Shown here one piece after another: positions 32,852-39,149 of a stretch of 39,149 bases of DNA. The stretch comes from Nemertoderma westbladi. Its lineage: Eukaryota > Animalia > Xenacoelomorpha. Made by a program: the position numbers and the translations under genes. The notes under the pieces were generated by a model, which saw nothing but the letters and a program-made list of their open reading frames with translations, was not told the DNA's origin and did not search any database. Positions within the stretch are counted from its first letter, which is position 1. Each line of letters begins with the position of its first letter. The stretch spans positions 1 to 39,149 of the forward strand of contig JAUCBJ010003793.1 of the NCBI GenBank assembly GCA_032718475.1, given 5' to 3'.

Positions 32852-33067
32852 TAATATCTATAGCCACATTTTTATAGTTTCTAATTATTGGTGTTTTGGA
32901 TGAATGAGTGGTTTCATATTATTATAACTTTTGTTGGGCACAACTTTGCAAAGTCGGCATAATATCTATAGCCACATTTTTATAGTTTCTAATTATTGGT
33001 GTTTTGGATAAATGAGTGGTTTCATATTATTATAACTTTTGTTGGGCACAACTTTGCAAAGTCGGCA
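32852..33067. repeat. 108-bp near-perfect tandem duplication
   Basis: TAATATCTATAGCCAC...CAAAGTCGGCA starts at 32852 and at 32960, with one substitution seen. Confidence 0.93.
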
Positions 33068-34000
33068 ATGACGTCCATGCTTCAATGTTGTGTGCTGTAG
33101 AAGATACAGTTCTGTCGATATTTGCAATGTTTTGCTGTTGAGTACAAACTTTAAACAAAAATAAAAAGTGTCTCAAAACATTAAAAACCACAAACTGACT
33201 CAAATTTTATAGAATTTTATAATATTTTATTGGTCTAGGGGCCGTCTTTAAAGTCCTATTTGGGAACACTGGTGATGTTTTTTGTTTGATTTGAATTAGT
33301 AAACAACTTAGGGAGATGCATCACCCAACACGGCCTACTATACTGCGCTCCATTAGACCTATTCTCACTTCCCGAGCCGAGCCTGTACAGACACCCTACT
33401 GATATACTGAAGTTCTGGTAAAGTGTTGGCCTAATGCAGTAACACTTTGCGAAAACGTATTTTATTTTTAAATTGTTACTTTTTCGCTCGAATTTAGACC
33501 AAAATCGGGAGAAAAGTTTCACTTTTTTTCCCAGGGGAAAAAGTTACCCATAGGATTGCATTGGTTTTACATTTATTCCCGGCGAAAATAGTAAAATAAA
33601 AAAAAATTGGATTTGAAGTTTAATATTCATGGGTTTATTTGTTTGTTTTCATTTATAAATTTCATTTTAAATACAGCCTAAGCCAACCAATCTAATTCGG
33701 ACATTGGCGATCTTTTGGATACGGGAGGGGGGGGGGGGGGGGGGGGGGATCAAATCCGACAACTGTTATTACCAACAAAAATGAAACTGCAACTATGACT
33801 CTCGTTTATTTGTTTTGTTTGTAATAATGTGCCACTGTAACCTGTTCCTTTCCATCAACCTTTATTACACCCTAATGGCTTCTCTTCTCTAACAGTACAA
33901 TCATTTTAATTAATAAAAAAATACAAAATACTGGATATAATAATATTATTATTAGGCAATTATTCGATACATTATCGAGTTAGAGTTAAAATTCATTAGT

Positions 34001-34507
34001 TTAAAAAAAATAGCTTTAATTTGGTTATCATTAATTATCGCTTTTAGTTGACACATTGTTGCGGGGCAACAAAACAGTATTATATCCGTATAATATAATA
34101 AATATTATTATTATTATATTAATAAATAATGTTATTATTATATTAATAAATAATATTATTATTATATTAATAAATAATATTCTAGGACTATCACTATACT
34201 TTATATTTCAATTAATTGTTATATTAATTTTGACGGTTCATTGTATTTCATATTATGTTAATTAAGCTAATTTCGAGAATATTATAATAATTACGTCTAT
34301 TTATAGTTATTAATTATATTAAAATATATAAAACAGAATAATATTATTATATAATTATTATTATATATATTATTATTATATTAATAAGTAATATTATTAT
34401 TATTATTTATTATATTATACGGATATAATACTGTTTTGTTACCCCGCAGCAATGTGTCAACTAAAAGCGATAATCAATGTTAACCTAATTAAAGCTATTT
34501 TTTTTAA
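34001..34507. mobile_element. Foldback/MITE-like element with ~110-bp inverted arms around an AT-rich core
   Basis: TTAAAAAAAATAGCTTTAAT...GTTGACACATTGTTGCGGGGCAACAAAACAGTATTATATCCGTATAATATAATAAAT (34001-~34105) is mirrored at ~34405-34507. TTAA at both extremes. Confidence 0.8.
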
Positions 34508-34645
34508 CTTCAATAATTACACTGACTGAAATTACAACGCCAGATTAATTTGAATCCTGGATCCTTCTAATCTATCCTTAGTGATAATTATGTAATTCTT
34601 TGAACTTAATTAATGTAATATTTAATTATTATATCTTCAGTTAAA

Positions 34646-34946
34646 GTAAAGTAGCACTGAATTTCCACCGGCTCGAGTAGGAATATCTCTACGAACGAGC
34701 GTAATGCGAATGAGTGGAATACGAAACGAGAGTCTGAAAGTAAAATTTAGAAGTTTTATTAATTAGAAATCGTATAATATACCGGTACCTGTACAGTGCC
34801 GGTAACAACCTAAGTATATTATTTGTGCTGTCTGCATTTCCGATGAATGATTTACTGTTAGGCCTACCTCAGCGTGATTGTAGAATACAGTACAATCATA
34901 CTGAAAGAATACTCGATACTTTATTTCACGCCGTGATATATAGCAC
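34646..34946 (+). mobile_element. Interspersed repeat family, copy 2 (same family as 18070-18443)
   Basis: Colinear diverged copy in the same orientation, ending ATTTCACGCCGTGATATATAGCAC. Confidence 0.75.
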
Positions 34947-35347
34947 CATTATAATCCATTATAACGTATTGAATGTATAACAACCAAGGGAGTATATACC
35001 AAGCCTTTTAATCAGATCAATGATATTAACGTTGAATAACCGACACATTCCTACAAACTTTCCCCCAATACTTCACCACTCGGCACCCAATAGGCCAACC
35101 CAATAAGTGTTTTGGAGATTTGCCTGTTGGCAGATCGACTTTATAAAACTTACAATAATCCTTTATTAACTTCACAAACGCGGAACTTAAACCAACGGTA
35201 TTTACCTCCTCATAAAAAAACTAAGCAAATGAGGAAATTATGTTTGTGACTTTTTCCCTATAACATATCAGTACGGTACAGATAACTTGTAGTTCTAATA
35301 ATTTTATATATTTATATATATTTTTTTCATATTATTTTGTTTTAACG

Positions 35348-37564
35348 ATGTCCCTGAACTGTGTTTATCTGTTCGGTGTAATTCTCGTGGTATTTGTAAC
35401 TCACAATCGCTTAGTCAGCGGTTTGGAGGATATGATACAGATTTTACCAGAAGATCGAGATTGTTTAATGGAAGGGGACAAACTGAAAGTAGTTTGTACT
35501 GATAGTCGTATCCGATATGGTAATTATATTACTAACAAGGTCCGATTGGTCCTTGGTCATCATGTACTGCTTTATTCACGTACCGGTACACAGACCAGAG
35601 GAACAGCTGCTATAGATTTAGACAACCACACAGTTACATTTACTGTTAGTGAGCTTATGCATGTGTGGGAATATAACGGAAACAGTATCTACGTTTGTTA
35701 TTGGGAAGATAATGAACAAATTTCAAATCCATTTAGCGTCCAACCTTGTCGAACTCGTTCCTCCGACCTACAATGCGGTTGTAACGGAGAAGTAGAAACC
35801 GATAACTCTAATTGTCGTTTAATATTCGATCCAAATTCAGGTGAATTCCTAACGGAAACGGACCAATCAAACCCCTTCCTGGAATGTAAAGCTACTGATT
35901 GGTTACCATCTCCTAAAGAATCTGTTTATCCTAACAACGGCGTATTCCAATGGGTTAACAGCGATAATAAAGATATGAACAATAATTATAGTTACGAGAA
36001 ACTTGATTCAGTAGAAATCCTAAAACTAAACCTTTCTGAAATAGAAACCAACCCAAGTTTATATAACCAACAAACGTTTACTTGCAGGGCTAAAAACGTT
36101 GTATCCAATGAGATTACTGAGTGCGGCGTTACTATGGTAGTAGGGTACTTAGCAACCAATCTTATAATCACTATAGATACTAATAAACCCGTTAAGGATG
36201 CTATTGAAGTACCTGAAGGAGAGGTTATTGTACTAAATGCTGAGTTTACATCTGGATCGCCTGATAATAACATCACCTGGTTTAGAGTTACAGATAATGT
36301 TACTGAGGTTGTAGGAGAAGGGCCGACTCTATCAGTTGAAATGAATGCACATGATAGCGCCATCTACCGGTATGACGTTTACTGTATTCCGTGGAAGGAA
36401 GATATCAATTCCACCAGTGAGGCTGTCAGTATCACTAGAATCCCTACTGTTGCTAATGTTACAGATCCTCAATCACTATCCAATAAAAACAATTCAGTTA
36501 TTACCATAGTTGTAGTGACGTCATCGGCGATTGTTTTGGTTGTAGCCATTATTGTCTTTATAGGACTTTTCGTGCTCTATAGGCGAAAACGGAAAACTAC
36601 AGAAAATGACAGGTTACCGGGTGATGGTGTTGTTAATGAAAACTTTAAGCCGAATGATTACTATGTTCAATGCGACGTAAATAAAGCTAACGATGTGTCT
36701 AACCAAGTTAATGGTGAAGTTGACGAAGAATACTATAATGCTCGAGACAGTATTTTTGGTACAAGAGAAGGATTTGCGAAGTCTGAAGATGTTGATTACT
36801 ACGAACCGTTTGGAGGAGCTGTTGGAAATAGTAATGTTAATTCTACCTCCAAAGAACAAAATAAATCTCCGTTTGGGGAATCTGGGGACTCTAATACCGA
36901 TACTATGGCTGAAGTGATTGTAGATAAAGAAGTTACTGACGAGTATGCTCAGGTTGATAGAACAAGGAGGAAGTCAAGTGCGGTTGTCATAGAGAGGGAG
37001 GGTGAAGATGAGGTAAAACCAGAGGTTCCAGCTAAAAACGCGGAAAGTTTTGGTGATGTATATGCTGTTGTTGAGAAAAGTAGCAATGTAAAGAATATCA
37101 GTAATTTTGTTGCGTCAACTAATCCGAATATCCCCAAAGAACCATTGAATAATGGCAAAGAATCTGAGACAGACGCTGATGAATACGCCGTTGTTGATAA
37201 GAGCAGAAAATCAGTTGATGGAGGTAACAATTCCATTGAAGTATCTAAACTACTGGGTACCAAACCTAAACCAGGTATCTCGAAAAAGCCGAAACCAGTT
37301 GGAGGGTCCAGAATAAAAAGAGGCAAACATTCTGAATCGAAGAGCGAACGATTGAATGATGGTGATACCACTGGAGTTGATGTAGCTGATGAGTACACTG
37401 TGGTTGATAAGTCTAAGAAGAATCCCAAACCCGGAGGAAGTCAAGGCGTTTCTTCTGGTAACAACAATCATACTATGGGTGGCGACGCTGTTGAGTTAGT
37501 CGATAAAACCCTAAAGTCTGCCGACAATCCCAGTTACATTCACAATGAGGAACATCAGATTTAG
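35348..37564 (+). CDS. Single-exon type-I membrane receptor, 738 aa: signal peptide, three Ig-like domains, TM helix, long tyrosine-motif tail
   Basis: Hydrophobic N-terminus (aa ~5-25). Ig-like C50...YVC117 and C180...W202...FTC246, plus a third domain with ITWFR...GPTLSV...DSAIYRY. TM aa 384-411 followed by RRKRK. Tail motifs DEYAQVDR, DVYAVVEK, DEYAVVDK, DEYTVVDK. AATAAA at ~37729 and ~37743. Confidence 0.9.
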   Translation: MSLNCVYLFGVILVVFVTHNRLVSGLEDMIQILPEDRDCLMEGDKLKVVCTDSRIRYGNYITNKVRLVLGHHVLLYSRTGTQTRGTAAIDLDNHTVTFTVSELMHVWEYNGNSIYVCYWEDNEQISNPFSVQPCRTRSSDLQCGCNGEVETDNSNCRLIFDPNSGEFLTETDQSNPFLECKATDWLPSPKESVYPNNGVFQWVNSDNKDMNNNYSYEKLDSVEILKLNLSEIETNPSLYNQQTFTCRAKNVVSNEITECGVTMVVGYLATNLIITIDTNKPVKDAIEVPEGEVIVLNAEFTSGSPDNNITWFRVTDNVTEVVGEGPTLSVEMNAHDSAIYRYDVYCIPWKEDINSTSEAVSITRIPTVANVTDPQSLSNKNNSVITIVVVTSSAIVLVVAIIVFIGLFVLYRRKRKTTENDRLPGDGVVNENFKPNDYYVQCDVNKANDVSNQVNGEVDEEYYNARDSIFGTREGFAKSEDVDYYEPFGGAVGNSNVNSTSKEQNKSPFGESGDSNTDTMAEVIVDKEVTDEYAQVDRTRRKSSAVVIEREGEDEVKPEVPAKNAESFGDVYAVVEKSSNVKNISNFVASTNPNIPKEPLNNGKESETDADEYAVVDKSRKSVDGGNNSIEVSKLLGTKPKPGISKKPKPVGGSRIKRGKHSESKSERLNDGDTTGVDVADEYTVVDKSKKNPKPGGSQGVSSGNNNHTMGGDAVELVDKTLKSADNPSYIHNEEHQI

Positions 37565-38344
37565 CGAAACTGAAAGTTCTTATTGTTCCACCAATTATGT
37601 ACTTAACTGTATCCTGAAAATCCTGTATCCGCAAATCCCAACTCTGCATATTAATATTACATCTTAATGATAAATTATCTATTTCGGGAAAGGAGCAGGT
37701 TACAGTGGGACGTTATTCTAACAAAAACAATAAACGAAAGTCAATAAATAGTCTATAAAACTATTTCTATAGATAGACTATAGACAGACTATAGATAGTA
37801 AATAAATAGTAAACTAAAGTTACTTTTATTTTATTCGTGGAAGTATTTTATTCCAGCTGTTATTTCCATCTAACCTAATTTATATTTTTTTAACCTTTGT
37901 ATCTAAATTTTGCTATTGTAATTCTGTATACTAGACCTCAGGCTTTGTCTCTCTGGGTTTGCTGATACATTTTATGTTGCCTAGTATGCCGCTAGAGGGC
38001 GAAACTTCTGAACTGAAAGTGAAAATTGAGATCTTATTCTCTTATATACGAAGAATAATATATTACATTGTTCCCTGCCCGAGGAGGGCGAACCCCCCCC
38101 CCCCCCCCCCCCCATTTGTGTTTTATAGCGCTTATTTCTGTCTTATAACCTGTACACATATACTAATTAGTTTATTGTTTTGGTTAGATTCAGCCCTTCT
38201 GTAACCTGTGTTTTTGGTGAAAACCTGGTATTCTTCACATGGGGGTAACTGCAAAGTGAAATATAACATTCTTCACATGGGCCCATATTATGGCACAGGG
38301 TTTAAAAAAACAAAATATTAATGATGCGAAAATAATTACAATAA

Positions 38345-38513
38345 AATAGGGTATGGGTGGGCGCTATTCCTATCCCAAGTTTTGCTCCCAGTTATTTAAC
38401 TGGTACTCATTTTATCGACCCCAGTGGATGAAAGGCTGAGTGGACCCTGGCGGGGCTGAACCTACAACCAATAGATTGCAGGCCCGGCGCTCAACCAACT
38501 GAGCTACCCCGCC
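38345..38513 (-). mobile_element. tRNA-derived SINE with conserved central core
   Basis: The reverse complement reads GGCGGGGTAGCTCAGTTGG (A box)...GGTTCAGCCCC (B box)...ACTCAGCCTTTCATCCACTGGGGTCGATAAAATGAGTACCAG. The 3' boundary is approximate. Confidence 0.85.
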
Positions 38514-39149
38514 TTTAAAAGTTTTTTTGAGAGTAATCAGCTGTTATTTGTGTCCAATTTCCACTTGAGAGGGATTAATTTTTATTGCGTCCAGTTTCCA
38601 ACCTATCTGGCATAAGTACGTCGTACTTGTAAGTGGTACGAGGCCTCTCAAGCTATCCAATGAACATCTTTTTAAATAGACGCCTAGTAAAATAAATCCT
38701 TTTATTATAGGAAGGGATCTAGGGGTCTTTACCTCGAATGATAAGTTTATTTTACTGAAAATAACTTATCTTTTATTGGCGCAATTGTAGGACTAATCCC
38801 ATCACATGCGTACTTTTTTAACCGGGTAGTGTACAATTAGTACAATTACAATTGTTACTATCAATAAAATAAATCCTGAACTAATTCTAGCTTATCACAT
38901 AAACCAATAAAATGTCTGGCCTTTATATAAGGATTCCATAGTTAGTTATTGATTTGGGGCTCTTCGGAATATAACGATTTTATTCAAATCCACTTCCAAT
39001 TTTATATTTGAATTATGTTTTCTCATTTAAAAACGCTGTGAATAAAATGCATCTTTTTAATAATTATGTTCCAACATTCGAGATTTTGCACTGTAATAGA
39101 GCAATAATTGCTGGTTTCGAAAATTATATTGGTTTAGAGATTTTTATTT

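Noticed and set aside
35992-37471. Short ORFs overlapping the receptor on either strand
   Set aside because: They are shadow frames of the 738-aa CDS with no independent features.
38445-38513. Functional tRNA gene on the minus strand (also 24696-24770 and 18583-18687)
   Set aside because: The stems are imperfect, and two of the three continue directly into SINE core sequence.

Overview
Eukaryotic, AT-rich metazoan DNA, probably from an invertebrate (inference); there are no prokaryotic features. The left half holds the 3' exons of a + strand ODF3/CIMAP1 (SHIPPO-1 family, PGP-repeat) ciliary gene: 5080-5225, 5886-5987, 11970-12091 and 16061-16201, plus two paralogous alternative last exons at 16471-16560 and 17388-17492. 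Large minisatellites inflate its introns. Three arrays (31 bp at 1-4920, 30 bp at 12065-14960, 42 bp at 17458-17963) appear to be tandem amplifications of an exon 3' end plus a GTTAGT splice-donor motif. The long 849-1140 aa ORFs are artefacts of the 30-bp array. The middle of the window is a transposon and satellite patchwork: an RTE fragment, CR1-type fragments, tRNA-derived SINEs, a solo LTR inside a G-rich satellite, MITE/foldback elements and small minisatellites. The right end holds an intronless 738-aa type-I membrane receptor with three Ig-like domains and a tail of repeated D-[EV]-Y-[AT]-x-V-[DE]-[KR] tyrosine motifs.
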